Assembly: GCF_964194155.1 (NCBI RefSeq)
Contig: NC_135881.1
Location: 136,214,001-136,278,000, forward strand
From: Cetorhinus maximus
Lineage: Eukaryota
DNA length: 64,000 bases
Direction: 5' to 3'
Each line of letters begins with the position of its first letter. Position 1 is the first letter of the stretch. Under the pieces are notes generated by a model that did not search any database, had not been told where the DNA came from, and saw only the letters and a program-made list of their open reading frames with translations. A program made the translations under genes and the position numbers. Of the stretch, positions 24,430 through 37,672 are shown in pieces.

Positions 24430-26930
24430 TGCTACTTGGCAGGTAAAATAAAGGACAATTCTAAGTTATTTTACAAGTACATTAAGAGTAAGGAGACAAC
24501 TAGGGAAAGAGTAGGGCCCATTAAGGACCATAGTGGTAATTTGTGTGTGGAGCTGGAAGATGTAGGTAGGGTTCTAAATGAATACTTTGTGTCGGTGTTC
24601 ACAAGTGAGAGGGACGACGTGGATATGGACATCAGGCAGAAAGACTGTGATATAGTTAAAGAAATTAGCATAGAAAGGGAGGAGGTTCTAAGTAGTCTGC
24701 TTACAAGTAGATAAATCTCCAGGCCCGGATGAAATGTATCCCAGGCTGTTGAGTGAGGCAAGGGAGGAGATAGCAGGGGTGCTGGAAATAATTTTCAATA
24801 CCTCTCTGGCCACAGGAAAGGTGTCAGAGGATTGGAGGACAACCAATGTGGTACTGTTATTCAAGAAGGGAAGAGGGGATGAACCAGGGAACTGCGGACC
24901 AGTCAGTCTAACCTCAGTGGTGGGGAAACTATTGGAAGCAATTCTGATGGACAGAATTAATCTACACTTGGAGAGGCAGGGATTAATCAAGGACAGTCAG
25001 CATGGTTTTGTTAAGGGGACCAATTTGATTGAATTTTTTGAAGAGGTGACCAGGTGTGTAGATGAGGGTAATGCATTTGATGTAGTCTACTTGGACTTCA
25101 GCAAGGCTTTTGTTAAGGTCCCGCATGGGAGACTGATAACGAAAGAATCCATGGCAATTTGGCAAATTGGATCCAGAATTGGCTGAGTGGCAGAAAGCAG
25201 AGGGTGATGGTCAAGGGGTGTTTTTGAGACTGGATGCCTGTGTCCAGTGGGGTTCCACAGGGATCGGTGTTGGGTCCCTTGCTGTTTGAGGTATATATAA
25301 ATGATTTAGACTTGAATGTAGGAGGGTTGATCAGTAAGTTCGCAGATGACATGAAAATTGGTGGGGTGGTTTAATAGTAAGGAGGATAGCCATAGATTAC
25401 AGGAGGATATAGACGGGCTGGTCAGATGGGCTGATCAGTGGCAAATGGAATTTAATCCGGATAAGTGTGAAGTGATGCACTTGGGCAAGACAAACAAGGC
25501 ATGGGAATACACAATGAATGGTGGGGCCTTGGGAAGTACCGAGGATCAGAGGGGCCTTGGTGTGTATGTCCACCTTAAGGTAGCAGGACAGGTAGACAAG
25601 GTGATTAAGATGGCATATGGGATACTTGCTTTTATTAGCTGAGGCATAGAATATAAGAGCAGGGAGGTTATGCTGGAACTGCATAACACGCTGGTTAGGC
25701 TACAACTAGAGTATTGCGTGCAGTTCTGGAACCCCCATTATAGGAAGGATGTGATTACACTGGTGAGAGTGCAGAAGAGATTTACCAGGATGTTGTCTGG
25801 GCTGGAGAGTTTTAGTTATGAGAAGAGTTGGATAAACTGGGGTTAGTCCAGAATTCTCTTAAGGTTAACTTGCAGGTTGAGTCGGTAGTTAGGAAGGCAA
25901 ATGCAATGTTGGCATTTATTTCGCGAGGACTAGAATATAAAAGCAGGGATGTGCTGCTGAGGCTTTATAAGGCTCTGGTCAGACCACATTTAGAATATTG
26001 TGAGCAATTTTGGGCCCCATATCTGAGGAAGGATGTGCTGGCCCTGGAAAGGGTTCAGAGGAGGTTCACGAGGATGATCCCAGGAATGAAAGGCTTAACA
26101 TATGAGGAACGTTTCAGGACTCTGGGTCTATACTCGATGGAGTTTAGAAGGATGAGGGGGTGTCTGATTGAAACTTACAGAATACTGAAAGGCCTGGATA
26201 GAGTGGACGTGGGGAAGATGTTTCCATTAGTGGGAGAGACTAGGACCCGAGGGCACAGCCTCAGAGTAAAGGGAAGACCTTTTAGAACAGAGATGAGGAG
26301 AAACTTCTTTAGCCAGAGAGTGGTGAATCTATGGAATTCATTGCCACAGAAGGCTGTGGAAGCCTGGTCATTGAGCGTATTTAAGTCCGAGATAGATAGG
26401 TTCTTGATTGGTAAGGGGATCAAAGATTACGGGGAGAAGGCGGGAGAATGGGTTTGAGAAACTTATCAGCCATGATTGAATGGCGGAGCAGGCTCGATGG
26501 GCCGAATGGCCTAACTTATGGTTATTTTCCCTAGAGCATAGGAGATTGAGGGGGGACATGATTGAAGTGTATAAAATTATGAGGGGCATAGATTGGGTAG
26601 ACAGGAAGGAACTTTTCCCGGTGGTGGAGGGATCAATAAGCAGGGGGCATAGAGCTAAGGTAAGGGGCAGAAGGTTTAGAGGGGATGTGAGGAAGAATTT
26701 TTTCACCCAGAGGGTGGTGGGAATCTGGAACTCACTGCCTGAAAGGGTGGTAGAGGCAGAAACCTTCATAGCATTTAAGAAGTATTTGGATGTGCACTTG
26801 CGATGCCATGGCATATAAGGCTATGGGCCTAGTGCTGGAAAATGAGATTAGAATAGTTAGGTACTTGTTTGACTGGCAGAGACTCAATGAGTGGAAGGGC
26901 CTTTTTCTGTGCTGTGGACCTTTATGACTC
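24430..26930 (+). mobile_element. 5'-truncated CR1 LINE (HER1-like tail)
   Basis: RT motifs (RPVSLTSVVGK-like, YLDFSKAF, PQGSVLGP, KFADD, FNPDKCEVMH) and a CR1 3' tail. Confidence 0.92.
25846..26519 (+). mobile_element. Young CR1 3' fragment nested inside the previous CR1
   Basis: Uninterrupted ~200-codon ORF2 C-terminus. GGTTA duplicated at 25841-25845 and 26520-26524, and the host sequence resumes after it. Confidence 0.9.
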
Positions 26931-29299
26931 CTTAAATCCCCTATAACAACAATATTTCTAATCTGCAGCCCCCCCACCCCCCCTTACCACCACTCCTTTG
27001 GGCACAGTCCAATGTTGCCATCCTCCTGACAGTCCTTTTCCTTATCTTCACAAGTATCAAGTCCATTGTACCTTTTGGATAGGACCATTGTATGTGGAGC
27101 TTCCTCCTCCTCCTCTACCTTCCCTTGGTTCTACCTACACCGTTGCTGACCATTACACTGTACCTTTCCTGTGTTTTCCTCCTGAGGTGTGGCTGTACAC
27201 TGGAGAAAACTATCCAGAAATTTCTCTCGCTTATGAATCTGGCTGCCATTAACTCACACACCAGCTCAAGGGCACTGAACTGAAGTGTCTGAAGGTAGAT
27301 TCTTGACAGAAGTGGCAATTCAAGCTGGTCTCTCTGTTCACAAACTAACACACATTACAGTCCTGGTACATAGCCTGCACTGGTATTTCTAGTTGTTTAT
27401 TTGTCAGTAACAGTTTAATCCTAGATAACATAAAATTGCTTGAGATGTTTTGAAAGAAAATACTTTGAATCTAAAGAATTTCCCAAAATCATTGCTGGAA
27501 ATCCAGCTGTTTGTTGGCCTCTGCTGATAACAGTTAATCCGGAGGAGTATGAGAGCTATGTATGTCAATTTAACCTCCAACATCCTTACCTCTCTCTGCC
27601 TTCTTAATTTGGCTTGGTTCAGATTAAGTACAATGGTTCCTGCTTCATTAAATGTCAGTGATATAGATTGATAGATTCCATTAGTAAGCTGGCTTAATTT
27701 TACTGAGCTCCCCAATGCCACCAAACAACATTGCCATTACACTGCTTTTAGTATTTCTTGCAATGCTGTATGTTTGTATGGTGACAAATCTGGGAGATGT
27801 TAAAGCTGACTCTAATTCCTTTTGACTGGTTAGATTTCAAAAGTACAGCAACCTCTGTAAAGCTTAAAACAATCACAGGCTCATAGGACAATGGTCTATA
27901 TTGCAGTATATTGTTAATGGTGTTGCCCTTCGAATGAGACGTTGAAATAAAATTCTTTCTCTTTTTTATATAGATGCTGAAACTATAATGGGAAGATAAC
28001 AAAATTGATATTCTGGAAGAAAAAATCAAATGGACTTTATGGCCTTCATTTGAATCTATCTTTTATTTCTTGTGAAGGATTTTAGTCCCAAACAGTAAGT
28101 ACTAGTTTGTCCACTAGGGGGGTCAAGTAAATACATTCCAAATTTTTTAGTAATGGTCCAGTCTTGTGACTTTAATTGGTCGTTGCAATTGGGCTGTGGT
28201 GCACTTTATTGGTGAATACCAATAATTTACTTTGATTACATGAGCTTTTCTGTTTTTGATTGGTTTCTGATTATGAAATATGATAAGCTCTTATGATAGA
28301 TTATGCTACTTGAAGTAGTTTAAGAAAAATGAAAAGCCAAAAAAGTATTTGGTTCAATTACCATCATATTTAAACCCTATGAAAATCTAAATTTTTTTTT
28401 CTGATTTGGCTTGAAGTGAGAAATTAGCGCATCAGATAAAGAAATGCACACCATAGCCTTTAGTCATCAATGATTCTCTGTATTGACGAAAACTCTTAAT
28501 TGCACAGCACCAAATTTGCATTCTTGGAGAATATTTTTAGAGATATTTTTATTGGTTGAGGAGGTGCTCATAGGTTTGAACGACTGTGATAAATAAGTTG
28601 CCATGATAAAAGCTCTAAAATATTTGCTTTATATGAGAAATGCAAGTTATTGTTATTTTCATTCGCTGCCACACAGTTAACGCTCAGCTCCAGTAAATAA
28701 TTTCCAGTAAATTAACAGGTTGGAATTTTACCTATTGATGGTGGGGTGGGGGTGTGGCGAGAGTGAGGGGGCGGTGGGGAAATGCTGAAAACCTTGGGAG
28801 ATAGCATCAGGTCAGGCCCCAATGTCATGACACTGGGAAACAATATCACCAGGGGCAGATGGCAAGTTGAGTGGGGCCTTCACTTGCAATTTCTAAATGA
28901 GCAATTAAAAGCCAATTAAGGTCATTGAGGAAGCAACTGACAATGATTCTATGATCAAGGCATGGGCGGCACACATTTGGAGTCTTGGCATCATTCAAAG
29001 GGCGGCATTGGGATGGCAGCTGTTGGTGTTGCTGCACTCAGCAGCTGTTCACTTAGACCTTGTCACTTAATTGAAAGGAAGGAGAAGGGCAACCATTTAT
29101 TTTGGCTTCAGACCCCACTGAGTGATTGGCCCTCCTGGCAGGGGCTCATTGGAATGGGACTTAAGAGAGGGTAGGACTGGGTAGCATTCCTGCATCCACG
29201 GAAATGGTCCTTCCTTTATATTGGCATTGCTGCATGGGGATTGTGCATTCTGGAGGACGTTCTTCCAGCAAGGAGGAGAACCTGAGGGAGGGAGGAGTG

Positions 29300-30300
29300 G
29301 ACAGTCGGAATTGGGCAACAGCTAGCTCCTGGCCACCTGCAGTGGCAGCCTCATGATGGAGAAAAGACAGAAGACTGCAGAAGCACCGGGCACAGAGCCT
29401 AGGACAAAGTTGAGTGGCCAGGGTGTACAGACAACAGATGAGCTACTTCCAGATGTCATCTGGCAGTGTTGCTGAAGACTGTGCCTGTCCCAAGAAGCCA
29501 TGATCAATCTGTGCACTATGATAGGGGAGGAGGTAAGCTCCAATTGCATTGGTGGTCATCTGATGCCAGTGGTTCTCAAGGTCATAGTGGCCCTGAATTT
29601 CTACGCCTCACGCTTATCCCAGCAGCCCACTGGAGACATCAGCCGTACATCACTGCTTCAACGTAGTGACTGATGCCCTCTTCAGGAGGGCCAACCAGTA
29701 CACCAAGTTCAGAAAAAATGCGGACAGTCAGGCCAAGAGAGCCAGAGGTTTTGGCACCATGGCTGGATTCCTCCAGGTGCAAGGTCTCATAGACTGAACG
29801 CCATTAAGACTGCCAGAGGCCAGCCAGCATCCTTCATTAACCAGAAGGGATTTCATTCCCTCATTGTCCAACTAGTTTGTGACCACTGACAGTGGATCAT
29901 GCTGGTATAGTTTTTATGGCTAGAGAAGCAGTTATAGTTCGATGTCGAGGTTAGCAATCCATTGAACATTGCGTGAAGGGAGGGATACTAATGGCAAGGG
30001 TTACCCGCTGAAGAGATGACTGCTGACACCAGTAAGGAACACTAGTACTGAGACAGAACAACACTATGGCATGAGCTATGCTGTGACCAGAACGACCATA
30101 GAGCAGATCATTGGTCTCCTCAAAATGAGATTCAGCTGATGCTTTTCAGTATGCCCAGCAAGGGTCTCCTGAACAGTGGTGTCTGTTGCTCTTTACACAA
30201 CCTGCATAGCGGGCAGGTCTTGGCTGCTGGAGACATAGTGGAGCATGAGACATCCTCAGATGAGGAGGATGATGAGGTGCTGCAACATCCTTTCAAACAT
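29300..30300 (+). pseudogene. Harbinger transposase remnant
   Basis: Motifs VLKVIVALNFYA, AGFLQVQGLID, FINQKGFHSLIVQLVCDH, KGYPLKR.LLTPVRN and TRTTIEQIIGLLKMRF. Confidence 0.85.
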
Positions 30301-30699
30301 TAAGGACCCCTTGGAGGGCACCAAGATCCAAGTGCATGGGAGGCATGCATACTCACATGTTTCTCCTGTCCCTTACTTCTTCAGCCATCACTGCCAAATG
30401 AAGATCCACATTCCCAAGGACACAAAAAAGCCACTCAACTCTGTTGGAAGCCCAGACCCCCCTCATCCACTAACACCTATTGCTTTTGCAACGTGCATAT
30501 GATGAGCACACACACTGTGATCACACCCAGCCAATCCCTGAGTCAACACATGCCTCTCTTACACTACTGGATGGCTACCAACACTGCACAGAGACATTCA
30601 TAAACTAAATTAAACATTTACTACAATAATCATTGCATACAGATGGATAATCATTTCTTCTATGAGCACCCATGAGGCTCAAGTGCATCCCAAGTGTTT

Positions 30700-32050
30700 T
30701 CTTAAATCTCTAGCGTGTGCTTCTACGTGGTGCTCCCCCTTCTCTGCCACTTATGGTGGAGGACAGCTGCTAACCTAGCTTCCCTGTGGATTTGGATAAC
30801 CTTGACCATGTCCTCTGGCTGCCTGCGGCTTGGTGGACCCCAGAATACTGAGGGACTCTTGGACATTTGCAGGACCCTCCTCTATTGTTATGGCAACTTC
30901 AGGCGCTGGTGTCACTGGCAGAAAGGCTAAGGAGCTGCTGTTCACAGAAGGAGGGCCCAGAGAGGAGCCCCCAGATGCAAAAGTCAGCTGCTTCTCGTCC
31001 TTTGTAAGGCACACTTATACCTCCCTGCTGACTTGAGAAGGACAAGGACCTGGTGGTGACTCCAAGTGCCTTGTTCCCCCCCCCTCACCTTGCCACTGCT
31101 TCCTTAACCTCAGTGACAAGGCGATGGGATAGATCAGCACACATCACTGGCAGCCACTGATTGGTCTGCAGAATCTGGCTTTCCATGAGAGCCACCAATC
31201 TCTTGATGGAGGAGGCTATGCACGCACAAGAGAGGGAGAGCACAGTACTCATGGCCTGGATGAACTTGTGCATCGTTCAAGCCAGGGCTGGGATACCCTC
31301 TGGAAGCTCTGCCAGTTCTTCATGCATCTCATACTGGACTTCTTGCATCCGCTGCCTCATGGCTAACTCCAGAGATGTATCATCAGTCTGGAGCTCTTAC
31401 GGCCCTGGCGTCCAACACTCTCCTGACTGTCAGTGGCCTCAGCTGTCACAGCCTCCAACAACTGCTCAAGTGTGTGTGTGTGTGTGTGGTGCTCGGAGCA
31501 GGTTGCGATGACGAATCTACTCTCAAATGCATACTCACTGAGGTGACAATATCTGAGTTTGTGGAGCTGTGTGGCAAAGATGTGACACTGCACCATCTGA
31601 GATCCCCTCCTCCTCAGAAGTGGATATCCCCCACTCTTTGGTCCTATGATTGACCTACTTGAAAAAAAAATCAGGCCCAGGCAACCTTCCAGACAGGAGC
31701 TCACAAACTCAGCTGCAGCTCAAACAGATGTCTGTTAATTGGGAGATGCAACCATCCTTCATGCTTGCCTGATGCTTCCCAAAGGGTACTGCGATTTGTT
31801 GCTCACTCCACGGAGTGGAGATTGATGCGCTGGTGGCACTGCAGCCAGACTCTCTGGACAACCACATGGCTGCTGATCTCTACAATCTCTGTCTAGGCTC
31901 GCTTAGTTAGGCAGTGAGGTCTTCTCCTTCTGTTCCTGGGGAAGAGGACCTTCTTACTTGCCCAAGTAGCCTGAAGGACAACATGCAGGGAATTGTCACT
32001 GAACCATGCAGCCATCCAGGTTCTAACTTCTGCCATGTCCATGATTGGGT
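30700..32050 (-). pseudogene. Harbinger Myb/SANT-like partner remnant
   Basis: AAWFSDNSLHVVLQA....KKVLFP...KRA.TEIVE.....QRVWLQC, followed by a GTGAGC donor at ~31806 and downstream coiled-coil-like pieces. Confidence 0.7.
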
Positions 32051-33786
32051 TCCAACTGCAACCTGGGCTAACGTCCTTGTTAGGAGGCAGAAGGGGACTG
32101 GTTTCAGGCTTAAGCAGGCTCATATCAAACTGCAAGATTCATGCTGGCCACAGCTTGCTTCAGGGCTCAGGTGTTGGAAGCCCTTTAAACACACCACCAA
32201 CAGCTCCTCCTTTGTCAGGTGATGACGTGGCCACCGCCTCTGGATGCAGTGTTACTAGCGGCCCTGTCTTCCAGCCAATAATTGGCCAGCTGACACGAGA
32301 ATGCTGTGTAAACAGACGTCGGAGCAGAAGGGATTTGCCACCTGCTTCGGTTCTGCCTCTGACCCTGCCAGTTCAGGTAAAATTCTGGTAACAGTGTCAC
32401 TTAACACACAGGGATTTCATCAGTAAAAGCCGCATTATTTAAATGCATGTGTTCAGCAAACATGCCGGATGCTGGTCTCCCTGTGACTCCTTCCTTGTCT
32501 TGTACAATTATTATTAAAGCTCTTTCCTATTGATTTTTTCTTTGCCAAATCTCTCCTCTCATGTCTCAAAGATGCTGATATTTTTGACTGTTCAAATTGC
32601 AATTTACAAAAAAAGCTTTTCTATATCAACAAGTAAAAATTAGGTTTTGGCCCTTCCATTCAAAGACCTGCACCAGGATTTGATTAACTGACGATACATC
32701 ACAATAAATATTTCCTATGTTTCTTTTATTACCAAATTCTCCCATCTGCTTCCTCCTTGAATATGTTACTGGAGACTAGTTTCAGGGACAATAGTTTTAC
32801 CAGGTGATGACAATAACTGCCAGATCAATCATCTTAATATTGGGGCTCCCAGTTGGTAATTTTGGCTGTGGGTGGAAAGGAATAACTGAAGGTTGATTCC
32901 CATTATTACAAGTCTTCGCATATAATCGACATTTCATTCGAGCAAAATACTCCTTTCTTCCCTTCCCATTAGCACTATTCTCTTTCTCCATTCTTTAAAA
33001 TAGTATAATAACGTAATTGATAATAACATAAATGACATAATTCTGAGCCTCTTGGATGATAGTGGAAATACCTCCAATTTTAATCAGTATTATGAGGATA
33101 AAAATAAACAAATGAATTAAAGTACTTGCATCTTATGTAAATACTGAAAGTCTGTTGTGAGGTGAAGCAAAAAAAAATCATAAATTGAAACAAGTTGCAA
33201 GGAAAGTTGCTTGAATCTTTAGTAAGGTTTGTGAAGGAGTAAGTAAACAGTATTTGTATTTGAGGCTCTTTCAATATATAAAAAAGACTTGTGTTTATAT
33301 TTTTATTCATTCATGGAATCACTGGCTAGGCCAACACTTATTGTCCATCCCTAATTGCCGCTGAGAAGGTGGTGGTGAGCAGCCTTCTTGAACTGCTGCA
33401 GTCCGTGAGGCATTGTACACTCAAAGTGCTGTTAGGACGAGAGTGCCAGGATTTTGACCCAGTGAAGGAATGGTGATATAGTTCTAAGTTAGGATGGTGA
33501 GTGACTAGGAGGGGAACTTGCAGGTAGTGTTGTTCCATACATCTGTCCTTGTCCTTCTAGATGGTAAAGGTCATGGGTTTGGAAGGTGCTGTTGAAGGAG
33601 TCTTCGTGAGTTGCTGCAGTGCATCTTGTAGATGGTATGCACTGCTGCCTCTGTGCATCAGTGATGGAGGGAGTGAACCTTTAAGGTGGTGGGTGGGTAC
33701 CATTCAAGCGGGTTGCTTTGTCCTGATGGTGTTGAGCTTCTTAAGTGTTGTTGGAGCTACATTCAACCAGTCAAGTGGAGTGTATT

Positions 33787-33924
33787 TTCTAAGTCCTGAA
33801 TGTATTGCCCTCTGGTGGAGAGTAAGGAATAAAGGAACCTTCTGTTTTTCATACAGGAAGTTGGAGTCAGAAGCAGATAGCTGTGTGTGTATTCTTAATT
33901 GTTAAGAAGTGACAAAACACTTCA
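33787..33924 (+). repeat. Gypsy 5' LTR (~138 bp)
   Basis: Contains AATAAA, ends in CA, and its 3' part is repeated at 37673-37731. Confidence 0.8.
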
Positions 33925-33926
33925 AA

Positions 33927-33944
33927 TGGCGACAAGGATGGGAT
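33927..33944 (+). promoter_or_regulatory. Primer-binding site complementary to the tRNA-Ser(GCU) 3' end
   Basis: tggcgacaaggatgggat versus expected TGGCGACGAGGATGGGAT (17/18), 2 nt after the LTR. Confidence 0.85.
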
Positions 33945-36900
33945 CATCATTATTAGGGGCTTTAGAGGCTGTTGATTCAACCACTATGGACTTTGTAGTT
34001 TATATTGAAAAACTGTTCCATTTACTCATTGCGAATGAGATTGAAGAGTAAAAGCAGGCCTCAATGTTTCTTACAGTCATCGGAATGAACATTTTCACTT
34101 TTTACTGCGAGATCTCATTGCTTCTGATATGCCAGTAGATAAAAGCTTTAAAGAGCTTGTGGACGTTTTGAAAAAGCACTTCGATCCCAGACCAGCAATT
34201 AATGCCGAGAGATTCAAGTTTCACCGAAGAGAACAGTATGACAGTGTGTCAGTTTCCCAGTTCCTGGCTGAGTTGAGAAAATTAGCCGAACATTGTGATT
34301 TTAGCGGTTACCTGGAAGAAGCATTGTGTGATCGCTTGGTTTGTGGACTAAGAAATGAAAGAATTGTTAGCGGAGCAAGAGTTGACATTTAAGAAAGCGT
34401 TCAAGATTGTGCGAAGCATAGAAATGGCAAAGAAACAAGCTGGAGATTTGAAACTGGATTCTAACAATGCCAAAGTTAAAATATTAAAATCAGGGTATAC
34501 TCGCTTTCAAACATGTTACCGCTGTAATGGAATAGGGCATAATGCAAAAGCCTTCAAGTGGAAAACCGCTGATTGTTGCTACTTTGGGGAACAAAAGGAC
34601 ACATACAGCATGCATGTAGATCAAAGGCTGATCACAGTAAAGCGGTACCACCAATAAAAGGGCATCACGAAGAGCACATAGACAAGTCGTGTTTGAAAAT
34701 AAACAGGCAGTTTAAAACGACGCACTACTTGGAAACAAAATACAAAAGTAATGCGAGTCCAGACAAGACAGAAAATGAAACTAACAGCGACAATGGGGAA
34801 GAGTAATTGTTTGCATTCAGTCTGATTTGCAACTAGAAGGAGGACTAAAATTTGGCATTGCCTCAAATGGTAAAATAGCTGAAATGGAGGTTGACGCTGG
34901 AGCGTCTGTTTCTGTTGCTTCAGAGAAGACACTGGAGAAAACTTTCAAGAAATGCCCATTGGAGAAAACCCCCCTCCAGCTTAGCACCTACACTGGTAAG
35001 CCTGAGAACATACTTGGAAAAATGTCCGTTCAAGTTAAATATGGAGATCAAATAGCAAGGTTGCCACTTATCATTGTGAAAGGGGATCGTCCATCGCTTA
35101 TGGGCAAGAACTGGCAAAAAGAAATTTGGCTGGACTGGAGTAAAATAAATAAAGTGCATTGCAACCCCATGTTACAGTCCTTGTTAGACAAGCATACTGA
35201 TGTCTCCAAAGAAGGTCTTGGAGTTATTAAAGACATTGATGTCAAACTTGCAGTGAAGACCGAAGCTTCTCCAAGGTTCTTGAAACTACGTTCAGTTCCC
35301 TACTCAATGTGACAAAAAATCGAGCAGGAACCAGAACGACTTGAAAACTTTCAGATAATTGAGAAAGTTGATTATGCAGAGTGGGCAGCTCCAATAGTCC
35401 CAGTAGTGAAGGATGACGTGTCTATCAGAATGTGTGGTGACTATAAAATCACCATTAATGCTTTCCTGAAAGTGCGTCAGTACCCGCTACTGAAAATTGA
35501 GGACCTGTTCGCTGCTCTGAATGGAGGTGAATTATTCACAAAACTTGACCTATCACAGGCATTTTTGCAAATGCAGCTGAGTGAAAATTCCAGGAAGTAT
35601 ACAACCATCAGCACATACACTTAGGTCTATGTCAATACAAACAGCTACCATTTGGAATCACGTCATCACCAGCCTTATTCCAGCAGGCCATGGACAAAAT
35701 ACTGCAGGGCCTCCCTGGTGTAATCTGCTTCCAAGACAACATGCTTATCACCTCTAACTGGAGTGATTGCCCATGGAGACAGAATGGTGCAGAGCTTGAG
35801 GGAAGGGAGACATGTACATAGGAGGTGGCACCATAGCTGCACTGTATCCTTGGGTTCCTATGGGGTGAGGCAGCATCAGAGCACTGGGAGACATGTGATG
35901 CGGGCTCCCTTCATGGATTTGTACATCAACCCCCCAACTCATTTAGAGAACTTAGGCAGGGCCCTGCGTACACATTGAAAAATGCGGCATCCGCTGTAAG
36001 AAATTCAAATGCTTGTTCCTGAAGCCCTCAGTGGAGTCCCTGGCATATGTGATTGATGAAACCGGCCTCTCAACCTCACCCAGAAAGGTGGAGACAGTGG
36101 TGAATGCACCACAGCCCAAAAATGTTAAGGAGCTTCGTTCATTTTCGGGACTTGTAAATTATCACGGCAAGTTCATTTCCGGTTTGGCTACCAAGGCAGC
36201 ATCACTGAATAATCTGCTGAAGAAGAATGCAAAATGGGATTGGTCACAAGCCTGTCAGGAAAGTTTCAAGGAACTCGAGCAAGGGCTCACTTCTGCTAAA
36301 GTCCTGGCACATTTAAATGAAAAGTTACCTGTCAGCCTGACTTGTGATGCATCTGGTTATGGTGTTGGAGCTGTCATCGCCCACACATTTCCTGATGGCA
36401 GTGAAGAGCCCATTGCATACACCTCACACACATTGTCCAAGGCAGAACAAACTTACACCCAAATTGACAATGAAGCTCTCGGACTAATCTATGGAGTCAA
36501 GAAGTTCCACCAATATTTGTATGGGCGTTAATTCACGTTAATTATAGACCACAAGCCTTTGACTTGGTTTCTTAGCCCAAAGTCACAAACCCCGACACTT
36601 GCTACTGCACGCCTACAAAGGTGGGCACTGATCCTGTACAAAATTACATTTCACTCTACTGAGGATCATGGAAATGCGGACGCTCTTTCCAGTCTTCCGT
36701 TACACCACAGCTCCAAAACCCAAAGTGAAGTCACTGTTTTCACTGTGAACCAGATGTTACCTGTTAAAGCGGATCAAATTCGACTTGAAATGCAGAGGGA
36801 TGCTGTGCTCTCCAAAGTTTACATATACACACAAGATTGGTATGTACCTCAAGAAGTGACTACTGAGCTTAAATCTTACTACATGCATAGATTTGATCTG

Positions 36901-37672
36901 ACTCTGAAAGACGGTTGTTTGTTATGGGGAATCAGAGTTGCTACCCCTCCAAAGTTCCAAACAAGTGTCCGAAGAACTTCACCTCAGTCACATGTGAATC
37001 ATCAAAATGAAAGCTTCAGCTCATCTACATGTATGGTGGCCACACCTGGATAAAGACATCGAAGGCATGGTCAGTGATTGCCTTCCATGCCAAAAAATGA
37101 AGTATTTTTCTACATCTGCCCCATTACATTCTTGGGCTTGTCCTGACCACCCATGGCAGAGACTTCATGTGGACTTTGCCGGACCATTTCTTGGACATAC
37201 ATTCCTGATTGTGATGGATGCCTACACAAAGTGGCCTCATTTTATTCCCATGAAGTCGATTACTTCAGCAAAGACTGTTGATGCTCTCTGGAATGTGTTC
37301 ACTACTTTTGGTTTGCAGGAGCAGGTTGTGTCTGACAATGGCACACAGTTCACATCATATGAATTTCAAACATTGCTGAAAAACAATGGGATCAAGCAGA
37401 TTCTCATCTCGCCTTACGCCTATCCTCAAATGGTGAAGCAGAGCACTTTGTCCAGATATTCAAAATGGCCATATTGAAGGGGAGGACGCAAACAGATTGG
37501 AAGTTGAAGCTGAAGAACTTTTTGATGATGTATTGTAACACTCCACATTCAACAACAGACATATCTCCTGCTAAGCTGATGTTTAGAAGACAGCTGCATT
37601 CCAGAATGGATTTGCTGTGTTTGGATTTGAAAGGAAAGATTGGGTCAAGGCAACTTGATCAAAATAGGTCCC

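Larger units (their letters stand above)
28718..32390. mobile_element. PIF/Harbinger DNA transposon #2, near full-length but decayed
   Basis: Imperfect 14-bp TIRs (ggttggaattttac / gtaaaattctggta), 3-bp TSD ACA on both sides, transposase on + and Myb-like gene on -. Confidence 0.85.

Noticed and set aside
27404-28029. Two adjacent minus-strand ORFs of ~100 aa
   Set aside because: No family similarity recognised and no convincing exon chain
32797-32991. 64-aa ORF in apparently unique sequence
   Set aside because: No motif, splice or homology support
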